Source of the DNA: Candidatus Latescibacterota bacterium
Lineage (GTDB): Bacteria > Latescibacterota > UBA2968 > UBA8231
Length of the DNA stretch: 64,000 nt
Assembly (NCBI GenBank): GCA_965200315.1
Contig: OZ241362.1
Coordinates: 1,632,001 to 1,696,000, forward strand
Reading direction: 5' to 3'
Shown: in pieces, positions 18,577 through 27,356 of the stretch
Layout of the letters: each line of letters opens with the position of its first letter
Position numbering within the stretch: position 1 is the first letter of the stretch
The notes under the pieces: model-generated
What the model saw: the letters and a program-made list of their open reading frames with translations, nothing else
What the model was told of the DNA's origin: nothing
The model's database searches: none
Position numbers and translations under genes: made by a program

Positions 18577-19748
18577 GGTGTGAACCCCTCGGACAGCGCC
18601 TCCAAGTACTTGTAGCCCGACCCCGTATTGAACAGCACCACGCACTCGTCCGGGGCCACGAGTCCCTGCTCTTTGAGCTTGATTAGGGCCGCTAGCGTGG
18701 CCCCACCTTCGGGCGCGGGGAAAATCCCTGTATGCGCCGCCATATGGTGAGAATGCGCGAGCAATTCCTCGTCGCTGACGGCAATAGCTGTGCCGCCGCT
18801 TTCCCGCAACACCTGCAACATCAGAAAGTCGCCGACCGCACTGGGGACCCGCAGGCCCGAAGCCACGGTGCGAGCGTCTTCCCACGCTTGGGCGGATTCA
18901 TCGCCGCGAGCAAAGGCCCGGACAATCGGCGCACAGCCCTCGGCCTGTACTGAGATCATCCGCGGCCGGTGCTGGCCAATCCAGCCGAGTTGCTCCAGTT
19001 CGGCGAATGCCTTCCACATCCCGATCAGCCCCGTGCCCCCGCCGGTAGGATAAATCACCACGTCGGGCAAGGACCAATCTAGCTGCTCGGCCAGTTCATA
19101 GCCCAAGGTCTTCTTGCCTTCGATGCGGTACGGCTCCTTCAGGGTCGATATCTCGAACCACCCCTCGGCTTCCTTGCGCTCGCCGACGATGCGGCCGCAA
19201 TCGCTGATTAGCCCATCAACCAGTTCGACCTCGGCCCCACAGGAACGGCACTCGGCGACAAAGGCCTGCGGCGTATCGCGGGGCATAAAGACAATCGCCG
19301 GTAGACCACAGGCGGCCGCGTAGGCTGCCAGCGCACCACCGGCATTGCCCGCGGTGGGGATGGCCAGCTTTTTCGCGCCGCGCACGCGGGCACAAGTGAC
19401 GGCGGCCGAGAGGCCGCGCGCCTTAAAGGAGCCGGTGGGATTAGGCGATTCGTCTTTGATGTAGAGCTGGGAAAGGCCCGCCCAGCACCCCAAGCGCTCA
19501 GGGCGCAGCAACGGGGTGAAGCCCTCGCCGAGGGAGACGATTTCCGCAGGGGTGCGGATGGGCATGACTTCCCGGTAGCGCCACATTGTCGGCGGGCGGG
19601 TGCTGAGCGCAGCACGGGTCAACGCACGACCGGCCTGGTCGAGGTCGTAGCGAGCGAGAAGAGGCGCACCGACCTCCGAGAGGTTCTGCAACACGTCGGC
19701 GTCGTAGCGTACGCCCGTACGAGAGCACTCTAAATGCGTCATGAACAC
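18573..19748 (-). CDS. thrC: Threonine synthase
   Basis: SLGEGFTPL, KDESPNPTGSFKARG (PLP lysine), YRIEGKKT, YPTGGGTG and FNTGSGYKY motifs. Confidence 0.9.
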   Translation of the reverse strand: MFMTHLECSRTGVRYDADVLQNLSEVGAPLLARYDLDQAGRALTRAALSTRPPTMWRYREVMPIRTPAEIVSLGEGFTPLLRPERLGCWAGLSQLYIKDESPNPTGSFKARGLSAAVTCARVRGAKKLAIPTAGNAGGALAAYAAACGLPAIVFMPRDTPQAFVAECRSCGAEVELVDGLISDCGRIVGERKEAEGWFEISTLKEPYRIEGKKTLGYELAEQLDWSLPDVVIYPTGGGTGLIGMWKAFAELEQLGWIGQHRPRMISVQAEGCAPIVRAFARGDESAQAWEDARTVASGLRVPSAVGDFLMLQVLRESGGTAIAVSDEELLAHSHHMAAHTGIFPAPEGGATLAALIKLKEQGLVAPDECVVLFNTGSGYKYLEALSEGFTP

Positions 19749-20326
19749 GGAGCGGCGTACAATCCTTTCGCAAGTATGTGGGACTCGACCGCTTCGGGCA
19801 CCATGTAGCGGATGGGCAGGCCAGCGGCCCGGCGCGTCCGAATCTCGGTCGAAGACAGTTCAATGAGCGGGGTATCTATGAAATGCAGGCGTGCCAACAG
19901 ATTGGGGTCGCCGCCGGCCATTTCCCCCGGACGCGCCCCCACCACCACTGTACACTGAGCCAAAATGCCCTCAAGGTCATGCCACTCGTCTAGCTGACCG
20001 ATGTTGTCTGCGCCGATAATGAAAAACAGCTCAGTGCGAGGATGACGCTGGTGCAGCCGGCGCAGGGTTTCGACTGTATAGGATTTGCCCGGGCGGTCTA
20101 GCTCCAAGCGCGAGGCCGCAAAATCGGCGCAGCCAGCCACGGCTAACTCGACCATGGCCCAGCGCTCCTCGGCCGGCGCGTACGCACCCTGCTTGAGCGG
20201 CGGATCTGCCGCCGGAATGAAGAGCATTTTGTCGAGGGGGATTTGCTCTAAAGCGAAGCGGGCCAAGAGCAGGTGGCCGTAGTGGATGGGGTCAAAGCTG
20301 CCGCCGATGACGCCGATGCGCCGCAT
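19739..20326 (-). CDS. nadD: Nicotinate-nucleotide adenylyltransferase
   Basis: GGSFDPIHYGHL, SYTVETL, FIIGADN and LSSTEIR motifs; start moved to ATG 20326. Confidence 0.95.
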   Translation of the reverse strand: MRRIGVIGGSFDPIHYGHLLLARFALEQIPLDKMLFIPAADPPLKQGAYAPAEERWAMVELAVAGCADFAASRLELDRPGKSYTVETLRRLHQRHPRTELFFIIGADNIGQLDEWHDLEGILAQCTVVVGARPGEMAGGDPNLLARLHFIDTPLIELSSTEIRTRRAAGLPIRYMVPEAVESHILAKGLYAAPCS

Positions 20327-20328
20327 CT

Positions 20329-21075
20329 TTAGCCCGGCGATTGGTTCAGCCCGGACAGGTGCTTTTGCACTCCCTCCACCAACTCCGGGTCGCCGCTGTC
20401 TTGCAGTACTTCCTTCCAATAGCGCACCGCTAGATCCACATCGCCTTGCTCGCGGGCGATTTCGCCCATGCGGAAAAGCGTGATGTAATACCACTCGCCG
20501 ACGTCTGGGTACTCGCGCAAGACTTCTTCGTAGGTCATTTTGGCCGCGTCGAGATGGCCCTGCTTGTGGTATAGGTGGCCACTTAGGTACTGCTTTTGCG
20601 CCAAGCGGCTCCGGCACTCGACGATGCGCTGGAGCGCCTGTTCCGCCAAGGGCGAGTCGGGCTGGTCCTCAATAAAGTTGCGAAAAGCCGTCAGAGCCTC
20701 AAAAGTCTCCTTCTGGTCCAACTCTGGGCGGCGCAATTGCTTAAAGTACGACTCGCCTACCTTGAACTGCGCCTCAACCGCCCACTCGCTAGACGGGTAA
20801 ATATCGACGATGCGCTGATATTCAAAGGCGGCGTTGATCCAATCGCGATTGCAAAAGTACGCTTCGGCGAGGAGAAACTGCGCCTCGGCCACCCGGCGCG
20901 AGCCGGGAAAGTTGCTGACTAGGCGCTTGAAGTGCTCGGAGGCCTCTAGACAGCGGTTCTTTTTCATGGCCTTTTGGCCTTCTTCAAAGTAGTAATCCGC
21001 GCCTTGGAGTTTCTCAGACGGCGTACTGGCGCAGGCGGCGACGCACAGGGCGAGCGGGAAGATGAGATATTTCAT
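20329..21075 (-). CDS. bamD: Outer membrane protein assembly factor BamD
   Basis: Lipobox VAAC, TPR repeats, ELDQKET..A..F..FI, LAQKQY..G.LY. Confidence 0.85.
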   Translation of the reverse strand: MKYLIFPLALCVAACASTPSEKLQGADYYFEEGQKAMKKNRCLEASEHFKRLVSNFPGSRRVAEAQFLLAEAYFCNRDWINAAFEYQRIVDIYPSSEWAVEAQFKVGESYFKQLRRPELDQKETFEALTAFRNFIEDQPDSPLAEQALQRIVECRSRLAQKQYLSGHLYHKQGHLDAAKMTYEEVLREYPDVGEWYYITLFRMGEIAREQGDVDLAVRYWKEVLQDSGDPELVEGVQKHLSGLNQSPG

Positions 21076-21077
21076 GG

Positions 21078-21704
21078 CTAGCGGTTGGAAAAAAACAAAT
21101 AGATAAGCCCACCGAGCACGGTGGAGACGATCACAGGTTCGACAAACTTGCTCCACGTTTGTTCCTCTAACTCGGTCTCGGCGAATTTGAACTGGTCGTG
21201 CTGGAGTATATCTAGCTGCTTTTTGGGAATCTGATCGCGCTGCGTGCGAGTGATCTCGTCCTGCCAGTGGACCACGTCGTCGCGCTCGTCGCTCAAGCGC
21301 AGGGCGAGCGTTACCCGGCCTTGGCGGCTGACCTTGCTGCCGCGCAGTCCCGAGTACGCGGAGACTCCGAGGTCGAGTAATCGGTAGGACAGGCGCATAC
21401 TCGCCGGTTGGGCTGCGGTCGAATCCAAGGTCACGCTAAAGCCGCGCGCCAGCAGCCGATTGGCCAGCAGGTGTTCGACCATCCAATTGGCGTCGTGCTT
21501 GCTCTGCGCCACGACCAACAAGGGAGCCGACGCGGCGTCAGCCGGTATTTCAATGCGCCCCAAACTCTCATTGACCGCACTCGCCACAGTCTCGGCCAAC
21601 AAGTCCATATTGGTGGGAAAAGGAATGGCGGCCGACGCGGTGGCACAGATCATCAGCGCGGCCAAAAGGCGATAACAAATTCGCAGCAAAATCGTTCTCA
21701 TCAA
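21078..21704 (-). CDS. Hypothetical exported protein with C-terminal membrane anchor
   Basis: Signal peptide; ends VEPVIVSTVLGGLIYLFFSNR; tightly packed between the cpoB-like gene and bamD. Confidence 0.7.
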   Translation of the reverse strand: MMRTILLRICYRLLAALMICATASAAIPFPTNMDLLAETVASAVNESLGRIEIPADAASAPLLVVAQSKHDANWMVEHLLANRLLARGFSVTLDSTAAQPASMRLSYRLLDLGVSAYSGLRGSKVSRQGRVTLALRLSDERDDVVHWQDEITRTQRDQIPKKQLDILQHDQFKFAETELEEQTWSKFVEPVIVSTVLGGLIYLFFSNR

Positions 21705-22420
21705 CCGCCGAGGCGTTTTATCTCTTCGCGGGCCACGGACGCGTATTCGCTCTCTGGATACTCATCTACCAGCTTGCGCAGGGCCGTAAGCGCCCGGTCG
21801 CGCTCGTCCAAAGCGAGGTGACAGCGGGCAATTTTTAGCTGGGAGTCGTCGGCTTTATTTGTGTTGCTGAAGGCAAACACCTTGGTGAATTCGATCAGTG
21901 CCTGCTGGTATTGGCGCAGTCCGTAATAGCACTCGCCTTTCCAATACTGGGCGTTATCGGACCATTCACTCATAGGTGCTTCCTGCAGCAAGCGGTCAAA
22001 CTCGGCCAAGGCGCGGTCGTATTGTTTGTGGCCATAGTAGTAGAGCGCACCTTGATACATGTTGAACGCATCGCGTTTGTCGCTGTCGGCTGTCGTCGCG
22101 GCCTGCGGAGCGCGGCGGCTAGTGCTGGCGGCGCGGCGCGGTAAAGAATCCAGCCGCGCACTTAGGACGCGGCTCTGGCTTTGGAGGGCTCTGAGTGCTT
22201 GGCGCAACTGGGCGTTGGATGCCTCTAGCTGGCGCACGCGCTCAGCCATGGCTTGCTCGCGCTCGTACGCGGCTGCAACGGCGCGTTCAAGGACTTGGAG
22301 GGCCCCGCTTTTTTCTTCTGGCTGGGCCTCTTCCCACTGGACGGGTGGTTGTTTGGTTGGCGGCGCAGCACAAGCCCCAAGGCCGAGGGCCAACACCAAC
22401 GCGCGTTTAGCGCGTTTCAT
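21701..22420 (-). CDS. cpoB: Tol-Pal-associated TPR protein (CpoB/YbgF-like lipoprotein)
   Basis: Lipobox LGAC, coiled coil, and DNAQYWKGECYY...KADDSQLK...YPES TPRs. Confidence 0.75.
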   Translation of the reverse strand: MKRAKRALVLALGLGACAAPPTKQPPVQWEEAQPEEKSGALQVLERAVAAAYEREQAMAERVRQLEASNAQLRQALRALQSQSRVLSARLDSLPRRAASTSRRAPQAATTADSDKRDAFNMYQGALYYYGHKQYDRALAEFDRLLQEAPMSEWSDNAQYWKGECYYGLRQYQQALIEFTKVFAFSNTNKADDSQLKIARCHLALDERDRALTALRKLVDEYPESEYASVAREEIKRLGG

Positions 22421-22505
22421 CGCATTTTAAATCGGAAATACAAATGAACCATCTTTGATAAATATAGCACAATCCCCCTCTCCAGACCAAATCGCGCAAG
22501 GGGCG

Positions 22506-23006
22506 TCACGCGCTGGGTAGCACCTTGATGCGCTCGACTAATTGGGTGGTGGAAATGCCCGTCCACAGCGGCAGAGCGCGAACTTGGCCGCCGCGCGCTT
22601 CGACGTGTTCGCGGCCGACAATGGCCGCCGGGGCGTAATCGCCACCTTTGACCAAGACATCGGGCGCGAGCGCGGCCACGAGGCGCTCGACGCTTTCACC
22701 CGAGAAGATACACACATGCGAAACGCATTCTAAGGCCGCGAGCACGGCGGCGCGGTCGTTTTGCGGGCACAGGGGCCGACCCCGGCCCTTGAGAGCGCGG
22801 ACTCCGTCGTCGTCGTTTAACCCCACCGCGAGACAGTCGCCCAAGGCGCGCGCCGCGCACAAGTACTCAACGTGCCCCCGGTGCAGCAAGTCAAAACATC
22901 CATTGGTAAAGACAAAGGTCTGCCGCTCTTTTTCTAATTGGCTGCGGACCGCGAGCAACTGGTCGCACGTAATGATTTTGGCAGGACCGGCCAAGGACGA
23001 CTGCAT
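22506..23006 (-). CDS. rfaE2: D-glycero-beta-D-manno-heptose 1-phosphate adenylyltransferase (RfaE domain II)
   Basis: VFTNGCFDLLHRGH, GLNDD..V..LKG..RP, PDVLVKGGDY and STT motifs. Confidence 0.92.
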   Translation of the reverse strand: MQSSLAGPAKIITCDQLLAVRSQLEKERQTFVFTNGCFDLLHRGHVEYLCAARALGDCLAVGLNDDDGVRALKGRGRPLCPQNDRAAVLAALECVSHVCIFSGESVERLVAALAPDVLVKGGDYAPAAIVGREHVEARGGQVRALPLWTGISTTQLVERIKVLPSA

Positions 23007-23010
23007 GGCG

Positions 23011-23137
23011 AAAGATGGGGTGGATGACGGACGGAGACTAACCACTAACAACAGTGGCCGGGGACCAGTCCACACCGCCCCCCATGCTGACCACTGACCA
23101 CTAAAGATGGGGTGGATGACGGGCGGAGACAGACCAC
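23011..23137 (-). repeat. Two 35-bp direct repeats containing the tRNA-His 3' end
   Basis: AAAGATGGGGTGGATGACGGACGGAGACTAACCAC (23011-23045) and AAAGATGGGGTGGATGACGGGCGGAGACAGACCAC (23103-23137); the core matches 23156-23171. Confidence 0.9.
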
Positions 23138-23156
23138 CGACCGGTGCCCACTAAAA

Positions 23157-23234
23157 TGGGGTGGATGACGGGAGTTGAACCCGCGCCCTCCAGGGCCACA
23201 ACCTGGCGCTCTAACCAACTGAGCTACATCCACC
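23157..23234 (-). tRNA. tRNA-His(GTG)
   Basis: GGTGGATGTAGCTCAGTTGGTTAGAGCGCCAGGTTGTGGCCCTGG...CATCCACCCCA, including G-1. Confidence 0.97.
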
Positions 23235-23254
23235 ACTATGTCTTGAGGGCTGCC

Positions 23255-23331
23255 TGGCGTGCCCAGTAGGACTCGAACCTACGACCGTCTGCTTAGAAGG
23301 CAGATGCTCTATCCAACTGAGCTATGGGCAC
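23255..23331 (-). tRNA. tRNA-Arg(TCT)
   Basis: GTGCCCATAGCTCAGTTGGATAGAGCATCTGCCTTCTAAGCAGA...GGGCACGCCA. Confidence 0.97.
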
Positions 23332-23358
23332 ATCGCCAAGCGGTGCAAGCATTCAAAA

Positions 23359-23387
23359 ATATTAGGGCCTATCCTGCGCAAAGTCAA
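23359..23387 (-). promoter_or_regulatory. Putative sigma70 promoter for the tRNA-Arg/His pair
   Basis: TTGACT-N17-TAATAT on the minus strand. Confidence 0.6.
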
Positions 23388-23419
23388 CGCGACTCGCGGC
23401 TAGGCCACGCCCCAACCGC

Positions 23420-25450
23420 CTACTCAACCGGGACCTCGCCGCCGTGCCAAGGGAAGGCGTAGCTGGGGTCGTTTACAAACCGCCGCAGGCCGCAGGATAA
23501 GCGCACGGACGTCATCGGCGGCAAGGTCACAGTGAGGTGCTTGCCGCCGACCTGAACGGTATTGGCGGTCGCGGTCTTGACCGAACGCACGCGCGTATTG
23601 GGGTTGAGATCGTCGCTGCTGTAATCCATCCCGGTGAACTCCACTTCTGCGAAGGAATGCTCGCCAAAGGCTCCGGACTGGACGATGAGGTTCCGGCACT
23701 CGCTGTGGCTGGTATTCACTAGCTGGATGCCGCATCCATTGGCCGAGAGATCATCTACGAGGGCGGCCACATCCGGCGGCAGGCCTGGGCGGACGGCGTC
23801 GGCGTCGAAGTAGCGCACGGTCGCACGCAGTATTCCCCCGTTGTAGAGTTGACCAGGGCAGCCCAGGGTCGTCTGCACGAGGCCCTTGACGATCACCGGG
23901 TTCGGCGGCCAAGCATTGTCTTCGATGATCTGCTGGACGGTGCGGGTGTCGCGCCGCATCCCCTCGAGGAAATCGGCGACCTGTTGGTAGTCGGCCTGCA
24001 AACATTGCACCGGCCAGTCCGGGTTCTTGCCGTCGTAATACTGGAAGCGGGCGAATTCGGTGCGAGCACCGCCGCGGTCGCCGATGGGCGAGAGCTCGTT
24101 CCAGTCGGTGCCGCCGCCGTCCCGCACCCGGGTGACAAGCTCGTAGTCGCCCGGCGACATGGACTCGTGCCACAGGTTGACCAGATGAGTGGGGCCGCCG
24201 CGGATGGTGAACTCGGCGTAGCCGGTCCAGCCGTCGGGTCCGTGGCTCTTCGGCACCACCAGCTCGCCATGCTCGACCTTGCCGCGGTCGAGGAGAGCGA
24301 CGATCTGCGAGCGCAGCACTTCGAGAAAGTAGTCGTCGCCGCTGAGCAGATGGGCGCACTGGGCCCCGACGATGAGCCCGAGAAAGAGCCGGTCGGCCGC
24401 GCTCTCGCTGCTGCTCCAGCCGTGCAACCCCCCCCACCACTGGCCATCGCGGCGTTCGCCGATCTCGCCGGTGGGGCCGACGTTGTCGGGAATGACCCCA
24501 TCGTTTTGGCGGATGCGCTCTATCCAGCCGCCGACGTAGTCGAGGACCCACTTCTTGTACTTGTCGTCGCCGGTGTAGAGGTACGCGTTAGTCACCAGCG
24601 CCGTAGCGCAGAGATTGCTCGGTTCGTCGCCTTGCAGCACCATCTCGTCGAAGAGGTCGAGAATTTCCTCGCGACGAGCTGCGTCCTCGTACCACCGCGG
24701 CTCGAGCTCCTTGATCTTTGGGTAGAGGAAATGAGGCGTCAGCGGCTGGGTGCTCGGGTTGTCTTGGAGCGGGTTGCGATGGCCAAAATCGCCCAGTGAG
24801 CCGCGGTCGAGCCAGTGGCGCACCAAGTGAACGTGATCCGAGAGGCCCCCGCCTCGGTGGACAATGCCTTTGTGTTGGCGCACGGACGTCAGCGGGCCGG
24901 CACCGCCGTGGAGCGGCGAGCGGAAGACACCGTGCTTGGTATCGAAGTTGGGCGCGTTGGGATTCTCGCCGATGTACATGGCGGCGAACTTGCGGGCGCG
25001 CTCGCGGTTGGACGGATGGGTTGGGTCGGCTACGCCAAAGTCGTAGAGCATCTGATTGCCCTCGCCCATGTGGAACCAGTCGGCGTTGAAGGGGATGCTG
25101 AGGTTCCAGTACTCATTGTGCAACTGGGGCATGTACATGGGATGCCTAGACTCGTCGTCGGTCAGCTTGCGCTCTTCGCTGTAGAGCCAAGTGATTGCAT
25201 CCCATTCCCGCTTGGCAATGTGCAAGAAGCGCTCGTGGCCGCCCAAAGCGTAGAGCATGGCGCGCATGGAGCGGCTTTCGTAGGCGTCGTCCACATCGAA
25301 GAAATGGTACACTCGGCCGTCGGAGCGGGCGTAGCGCTCGGTGGCCATGTCGCCGGCGGTCTCCAAGAGGCTGAACAGGCGGCGCTGCAACAGTGCCCAC
25401 TCGGGCGGGGGGAGAATGTCGGTGCTGACGATGGTCGGTATGGCAGCCAT
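23420..25450 (-). CDS. Uncharacterised cytoplasmic protein, paralog of 50593-52632
   Basis: 676 aa; GAGG/AGGTG RBS; shares many blocks with the paralog, including YDFGVADPT, PDNVGP and TEFARFQYYDGKNPDWP. Confidence 0.85.
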   Translation of the reverse strand: MAAIPTIVSTDILPPPEWALLQRRLFSLLETAGDMATERYARSDGRVYHFFDVDDAYESRSMRAMLYALGGHERFLHIAKREWDAITWLYSEERKLTDDESRHPMYMPQLHNEYWNLSIPFNADWFHMGEGNQMLYDFGVADPTHPSNRERARKFAAMYIGENPNAPNFDTKHGVFRSPLHGGAGPLTSVRQHKGIVHRGGGLSDHVHLVRHWLDRGSLGDFGHRNPLQDNPSTQPLTPHFLYPKIKELEPRWYEDAARREEILDLFDEMVLQGDEPSNLCATALVTNAYLYTGDDKYKKWVLDYVGGWIERIRQNDGVIPDNVGPTGEIGERRDGQWWGGLHGWSSSESAADRLFLGLIVGAQCAHLLSGDDYFLEVLRSQIVALLDRGKVEHGELVVPKSHGPDGWTGYAEFTIRGGPTHLVNLWHESMSPGDYELVTRVRDGGGTDWNELSPIGDRGGARTEFARFQYYDGKNPDWPVQCLQADYQQVADFLEGMRRDTRTVQQIIEDNAWPPNPVIVKGLVQTTLGCPGQLYNGGILRATVRYFDADAVRPGLPPDVAALVDDLSANGCGIQLVNTSHSECRNLIVQSGAFGEHSFAEVEFTGMDYSSDDLNPNTRVRSVKTATANTVQVGGKHLTVTLPPMTSVRLSCGLRRFVNDPSYAFPWHGGEVPVE

Positions 25451-25693
25451 TGCTCACCTTTCCTCTCGCAGTCGGGGTTAGGACGGCCTCGTCGCTGTCC
25501 GAGTGCCGCAGCTATTATAGGTCAAATCCCTCCCTGAAGAAAGCCGAGCGGTGCCCGCCAAACGGCTCGCGGACTCAAGCGGCGGCAAACGGGGCGGCGG
25601 AACTCAGAACAGAAATTAGGTTTTCCGGCTGGTTTTTAGTATAATTCGCTACATTTCGCTACCTGTCTAGCTCGTATTTCGCTCCAGACTGCC

Positions 25694-27325
25694 ATGCAAT
25701 CCCTCATCGCACCCATCCTCCTCGCCTTGCTCGGCTGTGCGCCCGACGAGGTGGTCCTCGCCAAGGTTGCAGATTCCGAGATAACCGAGGCCGAGTTGAA
25801 GCAATTCGTCGCCCGGTTGCCCAAACACCTGCACAGCGACGAGCAGGGCATTGCGGCGGACCGAGAACACCTCGCGTCCATGATCGACCAAGAACTGCTC
25901 CTGCTCGAGGCCAAAAGTCGGGGGCTGGACACCACCGCAGCACTAGCCCAGCAACTGGAGGATGCCGTACGGCGACGCCTGTCCACGCGCTACCAGCGCG
26001 AGGTGATCGCGCCGAAGATAGACATCGGCCCCCAAGATATCGAACGCGCCTTCCACGACATGGGCTTCAGCCGAGAGCGCCTGCTGCACCGCATCGTCGT
26101 CCGCGGAAGCCAACCGGACGCGCAGGCCGCACTCGCGCAGCTCGAGGCCGGAAGCGGGTTCACCGACCTAGCGCGAGCGCATTCTGCAAACGACAGCGGC
26201 GTGGTCGGCTGGATTGGGTTGACCCAGCTCAAGCACTTCCTGATTCCCCAGCGCGAGTTTCTCTCGCTCCCGGTCGGCAAACCAGCACTTCTTCGCCTTT
26301 CGCCCGGGGCCTACCAGATCATCCAATTCGCAGCCGACCGGGAGGCCCAGCTCCAAACCTACCAAGAGGAGATTGTCAAACTACTTCACCGGGAGCAGTG
26401 GTGGCGCCGCACCCAAGAGGAGGTCGAACTCCTCGGCCGAGCACACGGCGTCCAGTTCCATGCCGAAGGGGTGCAGGCGTTGATCCAACGCGTCGAGCAA
26501 CGCCAGAGCGAGTTGCCCGAAGAACAAGCGAGGCAACCCCTTTTCGCGTTTGCCGACGGAAGCGTTATTACAGCGGCCGACTTCTTGACCCGGCTGCGAA
26601 AACAGGGCCTTAACTCGGCCGTAAAAGACAGTGCGCGGATCGTCGCCATGGCCGAGCAAGAGCTCCTCCAGCCCCATCTGTTCAGCCGTGCAGCGCGTGA
26701 ACGCGAGTGGCACGAGGAGGAGGGCTTTATCGCTTGGCGATCCCACACCCACACCGGACTGCTGCTGGACCGTCTGATGCAGATTGAGGTGGAGGACCAC
26801 CTTTCTCTGGTGGAAGCCGATCTACAGGGCTACTACCAAGCCAACCGCGAGCGTTTCCGCACGGCCGAAACGGTCCGCATCGAGGAAGTACACGTGCCGG
26901 ACGAGGCCGCCGCCGTGCGGTTGGGCCACGAAATAGAGCGGGGCGCGGGGTTCGCCGAAATCCTTGAGCGCCCCGGCGTGGCCTCGCACGGCATCCACAA
27001 ACGGGGCGGCGAGATGATCCTCCAGCCCCACCTCGCGGGCAGTTTTCCAGAATTGGTCGAGACGGCATTCGCCGCGCAAGAGGGCGAATTAGTCGGCCCG
27101 GTTTATTTGGAGAAACCGGATAGTTATGCCATTTTCCGGGTCCTCGAGCGGCAGGAAAGTCGCATCAAATCCTTTGCAGAGGCCCGGCAGCCAGTCGAAT
27201 ACGCGCTGCGCTTACAGCAGCGAGACGACCTAATCTCCGGCTTCTTCCGGTCGCTGCGGGAGCAATACGCAGACCGCATCGTCATCTTCGCCGACCGCTT
27301 GGAGCAGCGGCACCGGGGGCCGTAA
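25694..27325 (+). CDS. Parvulin-type peptidyl-prolyl isomerase lipoprotein (PrsA/SurA-like)
   Basis: Lipobox LLGC, LAKV...IT..EL, two rotamase-like regions (GSGFTDLARAHS; GAGFAEI...GELVGPV). Confidence 0.8.
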   Translation: MQSLIAPILLALLGCAPDEVVLAKVADSEITEAELKQFVARLPKHLHSDEQGIAADREHLASMIDQELLLLEAKSRGLDTTAALAQQLEDAVRRRLSTRYQREVIAPKIDIGPQDIERAFHDMGFSRERLLHRIVVRGSQPDAQAALAQLEAGSGFTDLARAHSANDSGVVGWIGLTQLKHFLIPQREFLSLPVGKPALLRLSPGAYQIIQFAADREAQLQTYQEEIVKLLHREQWWRRTQEEVELLGRAHGVQFHAEGVQALIQRVEQRQSELPEEQARQPLFAFADGSVITAADFLTRLRKQGLNSAVKDSARIVAMAEQELLQPHLFSRAAREREWHEEEGFIAWRSHTHTGLLLDRLMQIEVEDHLSLVEADLQGYYQANRERFRTAETVRIEEVHVPDEAAAVRLGHEIERGAGFAEILERPGVASHGIHKRGGEMILQPHLAGSFPELVETAFAAQEGELVGPVYLEKPDSYAIFRVLERQESRIKSFAEARQPVEYALRLQQRDDLISGFFRSLREQYADRIVIFADRLEQRHRGP

Positions 27326-27356
27326 CCTCGCGCAGCCAGAGCGAGGGAGCCAGTTG

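Noticed and set aside
20327-20617. N-terminal extension on nadD
   Set aside because: It overlaps bamD; NadD homology starts at MRRIGVIGG.
23011-23172. Possible CRISPR array
   Set aside because: There are only two full repeats, spacing is unequal, the repeat core is the tRNA-His 3' end, and no cas genes are present.
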